In this document: piece by piece, positions 26,269 through 34,689 of the stretch
Layout: each line of letters begins with the position of its first letter
Numbering within the stretch: the first letter of the stretch is position 1
From: Planctomycetota bacterium
Lineage (GTDB): Bacteria; Planctomycetota; UBA8742; JACQVU01; JANLHZ01
Direction: 5' to 3'
Assembly (NCBI GenBank): GCA_024653775.1
Contig: JANLHZ010000250.1
Coordinates: 595-64,594, forward strand
DNA length: 64,000 nt
Notes under the pieces: model-generated
Databases searched by the model: none
What the model was told of the DNA's origin: nothing
Seen by the model: the letters and a program-made list of their open reading frames with translations, nothing else
Program-made: the position numbers and the translations under genes

Positions 26269-29196
26269 CTACGGCACTGTCACCGAGAGTTCCGTCGTGT
26301 TCGAATCCTCGTTGCCCGCTGCATCGACTGCGCGAACCGCGTAGTAGTGAACGACGTTTCCGCCTGTCGTGAGGTTAGTGTCGGTGAAAGTGAGCGTCCC
26401 GTTCGTCACTGTGGCGTAGGGCGTCGAGTAATTCATCGACGGCATCACGAAGTACATTACCCGTGGGTCGTTTGTGTACCTGTAAATGTTGTAGGTGATC
26501 CCAGTCGCGGCTGTGACGTTATCGCTCGCCGCGCTCCAGGTGAGCTGGACGCCGTTCGCTCCGGTCGTGACTGTCGTTAGAGTCGCGGACGAGAGGCCGT
26601 TAAAGCTCGGCGGAATCGTATCCGCAGCGTTCGCGCCGACGCTGAAAGGCGTTGTCGCGTTCGACGCGGGCTGATAGCCGACAAGCCACGCGCTCGCGCT
26701 GTAAGTCCCGTTCGATCCCGCCGAGTAGGTCGAAGTGAAAGTCTGCGTCTGGAACGCGGCGACGGTGAAATTCGTAAACGCCTGCGTGAAGAACATCGTC
26801 GAGCTCATCAGCCAGACCTGCACGCCGTTTGCGTTCGTGACCGCGAAATCGTACTGATGGCCGCTCGAGAAGTTGTACGTCACCGCGGCGTTCGTTCCGT
26901 TCGTGATAGTGTATTCGAGCGTGATCGTCGCGCCGGAGCTAAACGTGCTCTGGACCGCGCCAGCGGAGTCCTTCAGAACGAGCGAGTACGTAACTCCCGT
27001 GCTGCTTCCCGCAGAGACCGTGAACGGATACGCGGGAATCGTCCCGACCGTTGTGGTCGAAGTCCCGTTGTGCGGGACGCTTCCGTGGCCTTCGTAGCTG
27101 CCCGCGGGGAGCGCCGCGCCACTGTTGTCGACAACGTTCCACTGGGTGCTGAACGTGTGCGTCGCGCCTGCTGCGATGGTGAGCGTGGTCGTCGCCTGCG
27201 TGAACGATTTTCCATTCGACCAGTGCCAGAAAAGCTGGATCGGCATTCCAGACCCCGGTGGCGGAGTGGGGGACGTCACGTTGAAGTCGTACTGCTGACC
27301 GGTGGCGAAACTGAGCGTAACGCTCGAACTCCCGGTGTTCGTCAGAACCATCTGCCAGGTATAGCTGCTACCAGCGCTGACGGTTGTTACCGCGGTGCCT
27401 GTGTTGTCGAGCAGGGTCAGAGAGCCGGTGATCTGCGCGTTCGTGCCGCCGCCGGAGGAGACGAGGGTGAACGTCGGCGACGTGAAAGCCGGGATCTGCG
27501 TAGGCGCGCAGTTTCCGAGTATGCTTCCGGACGCGGTGTACGTCCCCGCCGCTTGCGTGCTCGCCGGGAACCACGCGCCCTGGTACGTGAGGCTCTGACC
27601 GGGCGCCATCGTCTCCGGAGGAGCGACGGGAGCGGGCGCGCCCGGCGGCGGCGCCGCGCAGCTCGGAAGCGGCGAAAGCCAGCTAAACGTTCCGTTCGAG
27701 TCGACGATGCTCCAGGTGGATCGCTGGTAGCAGCCGCCGGTGTACGTTACCGTCTGATTCTGCGAGGTGCCGTTGAAAAGGGTGATTCTGAAATGCACGG
27801 AGTTTCCGACGGTGAACGTGCTGGTCGGATTTCCGTTCGCGTCCTCGGTGATCATGGTCGCGGTCAGCGCGCCGCCCCCGGTGTTTCCGCTTGTAATCGC
27901 GAGCGTTACGGGCGCGAACGTCCCGAATGCGTCGGGAGCGCTCGTCCCCGTGATCGTTCCCGTAACCGTGTAAGTTCCCGCGGGGAGAGCGTTTCCGCTG
28001 TTATCGGTGAGGCTCCAGTTGACCGTGGGATTCAGAGTCTGCCCCGGATTTACGCTCGTCGTAACGAAAGCCTGAGTGAAGAATATTCCCGCGGCGGTGC
28101 TCCAGCGGTAGAGTTCGTTTCCGTTCGCGTCGGACGCCGTGAATTCGTAGGTCTGCGAGGACGGATACGTCACGGTCTGGATCTTTCCCGTGCCGTTCGT
28201 CGCGGTGAGGCGGAGCTTCACGGACGAATTCTGCGGAACCGTCGAAACCGCGACTCCGTTCGAATCCGTGACGGCGAAAGAGGTGGTCCAGCCGTTGTTC
28301 GTCGGGGGAGTGGCGGACGAGTTATCGACGTGCATCATCGCCGTGTAGCCTGCGACGCTGTTCGTGGTGCCGTCGTTGCAGGCGATGCTGATGACGTAAT
28401 CCGAGGAGTTCTGCCCCGGCTCATCGATGTGGCTCTCCCAGGTGATCCAGTAGGTTCCAGCGCTGAGGCCCGTTGTCTGGCCCGTAACGGTTGCGTTTCT
28501 GAAACTCGAACCGGCGCTTCCTCCGCGGTACTGCACCGAGATGGTGAGCGCGTCCGGGTCCGGATCGGTGAGGATGAAGTTGATCGCGATATTCCCGGAG
28601 AGCTGTCCTGAAGGAGTGTTCACCGCGACGGACGTCGGCGTGTTGTTCGAAGCGCTGACGACCTGGAAGAAACTGAAATGCAGCGCCTGACCCGTGATCG
28701 TGTTCGCGCCGGTGTTGCGGTTCTTTATGCTGAGGAACGTGAAGTTCGATAGCGTTCCCGACCACGTCACGATCTGGAGTTTCGATTCGTCCGTGACTCC
28801 CGCCGCTAAGAGCTGCGCGTCCGTGTAGTGCAGCGCCACGTCGACCGGCTGGACGAAGTTCACTCCGGACGGCCCAAGCTCGACCGGCGTGCTTACTCCG
28901 GAGTAGCCGGAGGGAAGCGCCGCCTTCGGAGAGGTCGTCGCGTCCGCGATCGTGAAGTTCGTATTCTGCACCACCGCGGCGGTGGGAACGGTTATCGCCG
29001 TGCCCGCAAGCGGCGAGGCCGCATCGGTAACCTGCACCGTCCCGCCCGTGGGGCCGATGCTCGAAGACTGCACGACGGTGCTTCCGTTCTGAGTGGAATC
29101 GCCTGCAACAAGCGCCGGGCCGGACGAGGCTCCGCAGCCGATAAGCCACGCCGTGGCGAAGGCGAACGACATAAGTTTCAAGTTACGGTATTTCAT
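26269..29196 (-). CDS. large lipoprotein with multiple BsuPI-like (proteinase-inhibitor fold) domains and a C-terminal FN3 domain
   Basis: Lipobox LIGC. Repeated pattern N.T...VT..F.SGQ.YDF.V....G...W.WS....FTQA. FN3-like end (LTWSAASDN...YNIYR...YYAVRAVDAAGNE). The start at 29196 has a GAGGA RBS. Confidence 0.85.
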   Translation of the reverse strand: MKYRNLKLMSFAFATAWLIGCGASSGPALVAGDSTQNGSTVVQSSSIGPTGGTVQVTDAASPLAGTAITVPTAAVVQNTNFTIADATTSPKAALPSGYSGVSTPVELGPSGVNFVQPVDVALHYTDAQLLAAGVTDESKLQIVTWSGTLSNFTFLSIKNRNTGANTITGQALHFSFFQVVSASNNTPTSVAVNTPSGQLSGNIAINFILTDPDPDALTISVQYRGGSAGSSFRNATVTGQTTGLSAGTYWITWESHIDEPGQNSSDYVISIACNDGTTNSVAGYTAMMHVDNSSATPPTNNGWTTSFAVTDSNGVAVSTVPQNSSVKLRLTATNGTGKIQTVTYPSSQTYEFTASDANGNELYRWSTAAGIFFTQAFVTTSVNPGQTLNPTVNWSLTDNSGNALPAGTYTVTGTITGTSAPDAFGTFAPVTLAITSGNTGGGALTATMITEDANGNPTSTFTVGNSVHFRITLFNGTSQNQTVTYTGGCYQRSTWSIVDSNGTFSWLSPLPSCAAPPPGAPAPVAPPETMAPGQSLTYQGAWFPASTQAAGTYTASGSILGNCAPTQIPAFTSPTFTLVSSGGGTNAQITGSLTLLDNTGTAVTTVSAGSSYTWQMVLTNTGSSSVTLSFATGQQYDFNVTSPTPPPGSGMPIQLFWHWSNGKSFTQATTTLTIAAGATHTFSTQWNVVDNSGAALPAGSYEGHGSVPHNGTSTTTVGTIPAYPFTVSAGSSTGVTYSLVLKDSAGAVQSTFSSGATITLEYTITNGTNAAVTYNFSSGHQYDFAVTNANGVQVWLMSSTMFFTQAFTNFTVAAFQTQTFTSTYSAGSNGTYSASAWLVGYQPASNATTPFSVGANAADTIPPSFNGLSSATLTTVTTGANGVQLTWSAASDNVTAATGITYNIYRYTNDPRVMYFVMPSMNYSTPYATVTNGTLTFTDTNLTTGGNVVHYYAVRAVDAAGNEDSNTTELSVTVP

Positions 29197-29427
29197 TGCA
29201 TCCTCACGATATGAAAAATTGTTCGAGTCCAAGATATAGCTTCTCCGAGCAATTCAAAAGCAAAAATGAAACCAATCGCTCTAAAAACAATCGGCGTTTC
29301 TCGTCAGGAACACCGTTCCCGGACGGTAACGCTGGTTATTGACATAAAGTCGAGAAACGCGAAACTCCGGGGAACCGCGAATGAATATCGAAGGTGATAA
29401 CCTTGTTGCCGCATGAAAGGACAATCG

Positions 29428-30102
29428 CTATGGGCCTATGGCATTTAAGTAAGACGCTGCCCGTCGTCCAACTAACGTGACTAAATAAACTGCCTCTGAA
29501 CGACTAAAGATGTTTATCCGAGCGATTGTGTTGAACGAAACTAGCACATCCAATTCTTCGTCAAGCAACAAGGTTCCTTCCCAAAATGGCGGAGACGATT
29601 CTAGGCTATTCTTAATATCACTGAACCATATTCCTTCCACAGTATGGAGCAAACCACCGTTATTTGTTGATTGGCTCCGAACCTGTGTTTTGGAAATTAC
29701 AGAAAGAAGCCGGATTTGGATACTTGACAGGCGGGCCAAATGTTCGATAACAGAGCGCTTATTGCGATCATTAACATTCTTAGGCGTCGAGCAAACACCA
29801 ACCACCCGTGACAACAAATCAATTTTAGGTTTATCCGGTTCATGCACTATCTTTTCGAACAATAGCTTAAAAGTAGCAATAGCTTCCTCCGACTCGAACC
29901 AATCTTTATTGATACGATCCTCACCGATCTTTCGAATTTCTTCGGACAGAGAGGTTAATGACGCGTTTATATTTCTTGATGCAATCTCATCTGCTTTATC
30001 GAAAAATAAATGGTCCAAAGCTCCTCCCACGCCAGGTACCATCGAAACAGCGGCTCTTACCGTCGATCTTAAAGAGGGAATGGCATCTCTTGTAATTTCC
30101 AT
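29428..30102 (-). CDS. hypothetical protein in an AT-richer islet (possible effector of the RHH module)
   Basis: 224-aa all-helical-looking ORF with no domain recognised. Its composition differs visibly from the flanks. Confidence 0.6.
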   Translation of the reverse strand: MEITRDAIPSLRSTVRAAVSMVPGVGGALDHLFFDKADEIASRNINASLTSLSEEIRKIGEDRINKDWFESEEAIATFKLLFEKIVHEPDKPKIDLLSRVVGVCSTPKNVNDRNKRSVIEHLARLSSIQIRLLSVISKTQVRSQSTNNGGLLHTVEGIWFSDIKNSLESSPPFWEGTLLLDEELDVLVSFNTIARINIFSRSEAVYLVTLVGRRAASYLNAIGP

Positions 30103-30161
30103 TAGCTTTTTTTCAGTTCAATATCTAATAAATAAGCTTCCTGGTGGTCATAGAGATTATC

Positions 30162-30282
30162 CACGAAGGACACGAAGATGCACGAAGAATTCTTCGTGTT
30201 CTTTCGGTATCGAAACGTCCCAGGCACTTCGAAAGAGCCGCGCACGAAGTAAGTGGGTTGGAAGATCAGCGCTTACTTCGTG
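30162..30282. promoter_or_regulatory. array of six CACGAAG heptamers (candidate RHH operator)
   Basis: Direct copies at 30162, 30171, 30181 and 30243. Inverted copies at 30192-30198 and 30276-30282. 30181-30198 is the perfect palindrome CACGAAGAATTCTTCGTG. Confidence 0.45.
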
Positions 30283-30446
30283 CGCGTCTCCTCGTCGTCT
30301 CTGAATTTCTTATCGTGTTTTTTCACGGCTTCGGTAAGGAGGAATTCGATCTGGCCGTTGATGGAACGAAACTCGTCGTCCGCCCACTTTTTGAGCGCGT
30401 TCCAGAGTTTGTCCTCGATTCGAAGCAGAAGTTGCTTTTTGGCCAC
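30273..30446 (-). CDS. Arc/MetJ-type ribbon-helix-helix protein (not in the ORF track; GTG start)
   Basis: Own translation: VAKKQLLLRIEDKLWNALKKWADDEFRSINGQIEFLLTEAVKKHDKKFRDDEETRTK. GGGAG lies 7 nt upstream of the GTG. Classic beta-strand plus two-helix RHH pattern. Confidence 0.7.
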   Translation of the reverse strand: MAKKQLLLRIEDKLWNALKKWADDEFRSINGQIEFLLTEAVKKHDKKFRDDEETRTK

Positions 30447-30536
30447 TGTTTCGCTCCCTCGTTCCGCTGGCTCGTTTCGCCCTCACCCGCCCATCGGGCA
30501 CCCTCCCCGGAGGGAGAGGGGAAAGCTCCCTACTCC

Positions 30537-31472
30537 CTACCTGTGAAGCGTGCCCGTGTTGATGACGGGCTGCGCCTCGGTTTCGCCGCAGAGGACCACG
30601 AGCAGGTTCGAGACCATCGCGGCTTTCGCCTCCGGGTCGAAATCGATGACTTTCTTCTCTGAAAGCTGAGTCAGCGCCATATCGACCATGGTTACCGCGC
30701 CGTGGACGATCTTCTTCCTCGCGGCGATGATCGCCTCGGCCTGCTGTCTGCGGAGCATTGCGCTCGCGATTTCCTGCGCGTACGCGAGATGGTTCAGCCG
30801 GACCTCCTCGACCTCCACACCGGCCTTCGAAAGCCTCTCCTGGACCTCCTTCTGCAGCGCCTCGTTGACCGCGGAACTGTCCGCGCGAAGCGTGATCACG
30901 GTCTCGTCGTCCTCCTCCATATGATCGTATGGATACTGGGTCGCGATGTTCCTGAGCGCCGACTCGCTCTGGACTTTCACGAAGTTCTGGTAGTCGTCGA
31001 CGTCGAAAAGCGCCCGCGCGGTGTCGACGACCTTCCAGACGACGACCGCGCTGATGTCCACGGGGTTTCCGCGCTTGTCGTTGACCTTCAGTCGTTCGCC
31101 GTCGAAGTTGCGCGTGCGCAGCGAGATCAGGATTTTCGAATAGAACGGATTCGTCCAGAAGAAGCCGCTTTCGCGGACGGTGCCCTTGTACGCGCCGAAG
31201 AGGAGCAGCACCCGCGCCGCGTTAGGCTGGAGCATGAAATGTCCGCAGAGAAGAATGATCGCGCTTACCACTGCGAGGCCGCCCGCGCCCATTCCCCAGC
31301 CCCAGTTCTCGACGTGGGTTCTGTCGAGCTGGACCGCGCTGTAGATAAAGCAGACGACGCCGCCAATACCGAGCATCAGATTGACGAACAGCATTCCGAA
31401 GCCGTTCTTGACGTTTATGACTTTTTCCTGAGACTGGTGCATGTTTTCCTCCGGTTTGAGAACAGATACCAC
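30537..31472 (-). CDS. SPFH/band-7 domain protein
   Basis: N-terminal TM helices followed by the SPFH pattern (LLLFGAYKGTVRESGFFWTNPF...VDISAVVVWKVVD...ALRNIA). Confidence 0.9.
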   Translation of the reverse strand: MVSVLKPEENMHQSQEKVINVKNGFGMLFVNLMLGIGGVVCFIYSAVQLDRTHVENWGWGMGAGGLAVVSAIILLCGHFMLQPNAARVLLLFGAYKGTVRESGFFWTNPFYSKILISLRTRNFDGERLKVNDKRGNPVDISAVVVWKVVDTARALFDVDDYQNFVKVQSESALRNIATQYPYDHMEEDDETVITLRADSSAVNEALQKEVQERLSKAGVEVEEVRLNHLAYAQEIASAMLRRQQAEAIIAARKKIVHGAVTMVDMALTQLSEKKVIDFDPEAKAAMVSNLLVVLCGETEAQPVINTGTLHR

Positions 31473-31625
31473 ACTGATATCATAATAATATCATACGCGC
31501 CACTGCCCGGCGAAGTTCGAAGGCGAAAAATAAATTTTCGCGTTCTGTTCGAACAATGTGGCGGTTTGTCGGCGCAGGTAAGACGATTGCGCACAGGGCA
31601 ATCGCATTTAGAATACCACATTTTA

Positions 31626-31702
31626 TTCGTACCGTCTACGAATTATTTGTACTGTTATTGTCGGCGGACAAAATAATACATTAAATTCGTAGACGGTACG
31701 AA
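31626..31702. repeat. TTCGTA-N5-TACGAA palindromic element, paired copy (locus a)
   Basis: TTCGTACCGTCTACGAA (31626-31642) and its complement TTCGTAGACGGTACGAA (31686-31702) flank an inner TTATTGTC/GACAAAATAA hairpin. Confidence 0.65.
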
Positions 31703-31719
31703 TTTAATGTTGTATTGCG

Positions 31720-32559
31720 CTACCGCAGCCAGCCGCGGAGTTTGTCGATGGACTCGGTTATCCGCGTCGGCGCGTCGTGAGTGTTTCGCGATAGCTCGAC
31801 GCTGATCAGATTCCCGTATCCGAGGTCTTCCAGAGTTTTCAGGACCGACGGAAAGTCGATCTCGCCTTCGCCGAGCGGGAGGTGCTCGTGCACGGGGCGG
31901 ACCATGTCTTCGATGTGAATCTGCCGGAGGTCCGCGATGTTCTCGCGAATCGCGTCCGGGATCGTCTTCGACTCGTCAAGATGCGCGTGGCCGACGTCGA
32001 GCGTCAGCCACAGCCGACCGCGATCCGCGAGCGCGTCTTTCAGCCGGTGCCACTCGCTGACGGTCTCGATGAACATACCCGGCTCCGGCTCGAAGCTTAC
32101 GTCGATCCCTCGATTCCCTGCGTATTCTATAATCGCGGGCAGCCGCTTCGCGAGCATCTCGAACGCTTCGTCGTCGCTCGTCCCAGGCTCTTTCACACCC
32201 GACCAGAGACTTACGCACCCGGCGCCAAGGCGCTCGGCGACGTCGATCGTGCGCTTTAAATATTCGAGCCGCGAAAGCCACGCGTCGCCTTTCGTCACGA
32301 GCGTAGGAAAGTGTTTTCGCTTCGAATCGAGCAGAAACCTCGCGCCGGTTTCCATCGCGATTTCAAGGCCCAGCTCTTCAACGACGAGTTCGATCGCGCG
32401 AACGTCGAGCACGCCCGACGTCAGCGGGTTCAGATGGTGCGTATCGAGGGTTATCGACGCGCCCGCGTATCCCGCGTCCGCAATCATCCGTAGCGCGTCT
32501 TCCAGACGGTGCTGCAGACAACCCGATGTGTGGTACGCGAACTTTAGGACGTGTAACAT
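31720..32559 (-). CDS. sugar phosphate isomerase/epimerase (xylose-isomerase-like TIM barrel)
   Basis: LDVGHAHLDE, IHIEDM, HLPLGEGEIDF, ISVELSR motifs. The start codon lies inside the arm of repeat copy 3. Confidence 0.85.
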   Translation of the reverse strand: MLHVLKFAYHTSGCLQHRLEDALRMIADAGYAGASITLDTHHLNPLTSGVLDVRAIELVVEELGLEIAMETGARFLLDSKRKHFPTLVTKGDAWLSRLEYLKRTIDVAERLGAGCVSLWSGVKEPGTSDDEAFEMLAKRLPAIIEYAGNRGIDVSFEPEPGMFIETVSEWHRLKDALADRGRLWLTLDVGHAHLDESKTIPDAIRENIADLRQIHIEDMVRPVHEHLPLGEGEIDFPSVLKTLEDLGYGNLISVELSRNTHDAPTRITESIDKLRGWLR

Positions 32560-32729
32560 AATAACCTTTCAACCTTGCATCACATATTCACACCATCTTC
32601 AATCCGCACTCAATCGTCAAATCCTCGACGGAATTACGGCTACGACTGCGGTTTGACTCAATCGTGCGAATCGAACCTGATGCAAATCTGAGCGCAATTT
32701 TTGAATGTTTATTACGTTACGCGTCCTAA
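32544..32729 (+). repeat. ~180-nt covarying hairpin element, copy 3
   Basis: Terminal helix TTAGGACGTGTAACATAATAA / TTTATTACGTTACGCGTCCTAA. The core aligns to copies 1 and 2. Confidence 0.7.
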
Positions 32730-32738
32730 GGAGTCCCA

Positions 32739-33572
32739 TCATCCGCCCTTCAGGAACTCGCGGAGGAGGTTGTAGAACTCGTCCGGACAATCCTTATGCA
32801 CGCTGTGCCCCGCATTCTCGAAGATCACGAGCCTCGAGTTCGGGATCAGCCCGGCGATCTCCTCCGAATACCGCGGCGGGGTGATCCAGTCCGTCCTTCC
32901 CGCGATGATCAGCGTCTTCGCCCGGATTTTCGGAAGCAACTTCCGGATGTCGTATTTCCGGAACTCGATTCCGAACATCTTGTTGTGGGTTTTGTAATGC
33001 CACTTGCGGTTTGCGTTCGCCTTGATGAGGTCTTCACGGGCCGGCTTCTTTTTCGTGTAGAGCGGGCTGATGGCGAGGAAGATTTCCTTGAAATGCTCGT
33101 CGTCGCGGAGCTTGCCGTCGAAGAGATAACGAAGCTCTTCCTCGGTGGCTTCCGCGCCTCTTGCCATCGCTTCGTTCAGCGCCTCGTCCTTCGGTCCGCA
33201 CCAGGCCGCGGTGCCACGCAGTATCAGATGGGACACGGAGTCCGGATACTTCGCGGCGTATTCCATCCCGAGGAATCCGCCGTAGGAGCCTCCGAAAACG
33301 ACGCACTTCCCGAATCCGACATGCTTGCGAAGCGCTTCCGCGTCTTCGACCATCTGCGCGTGGTTCAGCGTCTCCGCAGCGGGATCGCCTGAGCCTCCGG
33401 AGCCGCGATGATCGTAAAAGAGCGTCTCGTGCTCGTCCACGAGCGGTCCGACCCACGTCACCGGCTCGCTCAGGTCCGACAGTCCGGGTCCGCCGTGCAT
33501 AGTCATTATTTTCGGGGAACCTTTGCCCCGGAGTTCGTAGTTGATATTGCAGCCGTTGATAGTCGCGTACAT
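32739..33572 (-). CDS. alpha/beta hydrolase (proline iminopeptidase-like)
   Basis: HGGPGLSD, YDHRGSGGS, nucleophile elbow GGSYGG. The start at 33572 (AAGGA RBS) is preferred over the listed 33671. Confidence 0.85.
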   Translation of the reverse strand: MYATINGCNINYELRGKGSPKIMTMHGGPGLSDLSEPVTWVGPLVDEHETLFYDHRGSGGSGDPAAETLNHAQMVEDAEALRKHVGFGKCVVFGGSYGGFLGMEYAAKYPDSVSHLILRGTAAWCGPKDEALNEAMARGAEATEEELRYLFDGKLRDDEHFKEIFLAISPLYTKKKPAREDLIKANANRKWHYKTHNKMFGIEFRKYDIRKLLPKIRAKTLIIAGRTDWITPPRYSEEIAGLIPNSRLVIFENAGHSVHKDCPDEFYNLLREFLKGG

Positions 33573-33680
33573 AGATTCCTTCTGAAAGTGAAGACGGCAT
33601 TGTATCGTTAAACCCAGCAATGTTTCAATCTGCGTCGCGAAAGCAGTTGCGGTGAGATCCGGCAAAAACATTACATTATA

Positions 33681-33757
33681 TTCGTGCCGTCTACGAATTT
33701 ACTGTAATATTCAGATTGTCTGGCAGAATAGTACGAAAAATTCGTAGACGGCACGAA
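33681..33757. repeat. TTCGTA-N5-TACGAA palindromic element, paired copy (locus b)
   Basis: TTCGTGCCGTCTACGAA and TTCGTAGACGGCACGAA. The A-to-G change relative to locus a is mirrored by T-to-C in the partner arm. Confidence 0.65.
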
Positions 33758-33765
33758 TAAAGTGT

Positions 33766-34683
33766 TCAGATTCCTGCGCCGGACTCGAACCCTTCGATTC
33801 GCGGGACGCCCTGCAAAATCTTACTCTTCGGCGGGACGGATTCCGTCACCCAGACGTTACCGCCTATGACGGAGTCGCTTCCGATAGTGATGCGTCCGAG
33901 GATCGTCGCGCCCGCGTAGATGATGACGCGGTCGCCGATTATCGGGTGGCGCATGATTCCCTTGACGAGACTTCGGTCCTCGTTTGCCTTGAAGCTTTTC
34001 GATCCGAGCGTGACGCCCTGATAAATCCGCACGTCGTCGCCTATGATCGAGGTTTCGCCTATGACTACACCCGTACCGTGGTCGATGAAGAATCGATCTC
34101 CGATCTGCGCGCCGGGGTGGATGTCGATGCCGGTGATGCTGTGCGCGTATTCGGTGATGATCCGCGGAAGCAGCGGCACGCCCAGTCTGTAGAACTCGTG
34201 GGCGATGCGATAGAAGATCGTCGCCTGAATCCCGGGGTAGCAGATGAGCGCCTCGTCGGGATACTTCGCCGCGGGATCGCCGAGAAACGCCGCCGTGACG
34301 TCTTCGGCGACCTTATGTTGAATTTTCGTGAGGCTTCCGAGAAACGACTCGAGCAGGGATTCGACCTGGGCACCGAACTGCTCGGTGGAGGTTGCGACGT
34401 CGCTACGGAAACAGAGCGCCCGCGCGATCTGCTCGCTGAGCGCGGGGACGACTTCCGTCAGCGTCTGGCGGATGAACGGGATTTCGTCCCCGCCAATGAA
34501 GTTGTGCGGTCCGAAATACGCAGGGTACAGAATCGCTTCGATTTTGCGAACGATGGCGCCGAGTTCATGTCTCGACGGCCTCGTGCCGCAGGACTTCGAT
34601 CCCGCAGTCGCCCAGTCAATACTGTGAAACCCCTGCGAGAGGTCTTTCGCAAGATTATCCAAAGTAACCATAACTCTACTCAC
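33766..34683 (-). CDS. cysE: serine O-acetyltransferase
   Basis: Hexapeptide-repeat region GIDIHPGAQIGDRFFIDHGTGVVIGETSIIGDDVRIYQGVTLG. Located next to cysK. Confidence 0.9.
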   Translation of the reverse strand: MSRVMVTLDNLAKDLSQGFHSIDWATAGSKSCGTRPSRHELGAIVRKIEAILYPAYFGPHNFIGGDEIPFIRQTLTEVVPALSEQIARALCFRSDVATSTEQFGAQVESLLESFLGSLTKIQHKVAEDVTAAFLGDPAAKYPDEALICYPGIQATIFYRIAHEFYRLGVPLLPRIITEYAHSITGIDIHPGAQIGDRFFIDHGTGVVIGETSIIGDDVRIYQGVTLGSKSFKANEDRSLVKGIMRHPIIGDRVIIYAGATILGRITIGSDSVIGGNVWVTESVPPKSKILQGVPRIEGFESGAGI

Positions 34684-34689
34684 AGAACG

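Noticed and set aside
26857-28611. 584-aa plus-strand ORF and several smaller ORFs within 26269-29232.
   Set aside because: They are antisense to the BsuPI/FN3 lipoprotein gene, have extreme Arg/Gly/Glu composition, and show no RBS or domain.
30144-30662. Plus-strand ORFs 30144..30662 and 30253..30546, and minus-strand ORF 30310..30501.
   Set aside because: They overlap the much better supported GTG-initiated RHH ORF (30273..30446), which has an RBS and a classic fold pattern. Their own translations are low-complexity.
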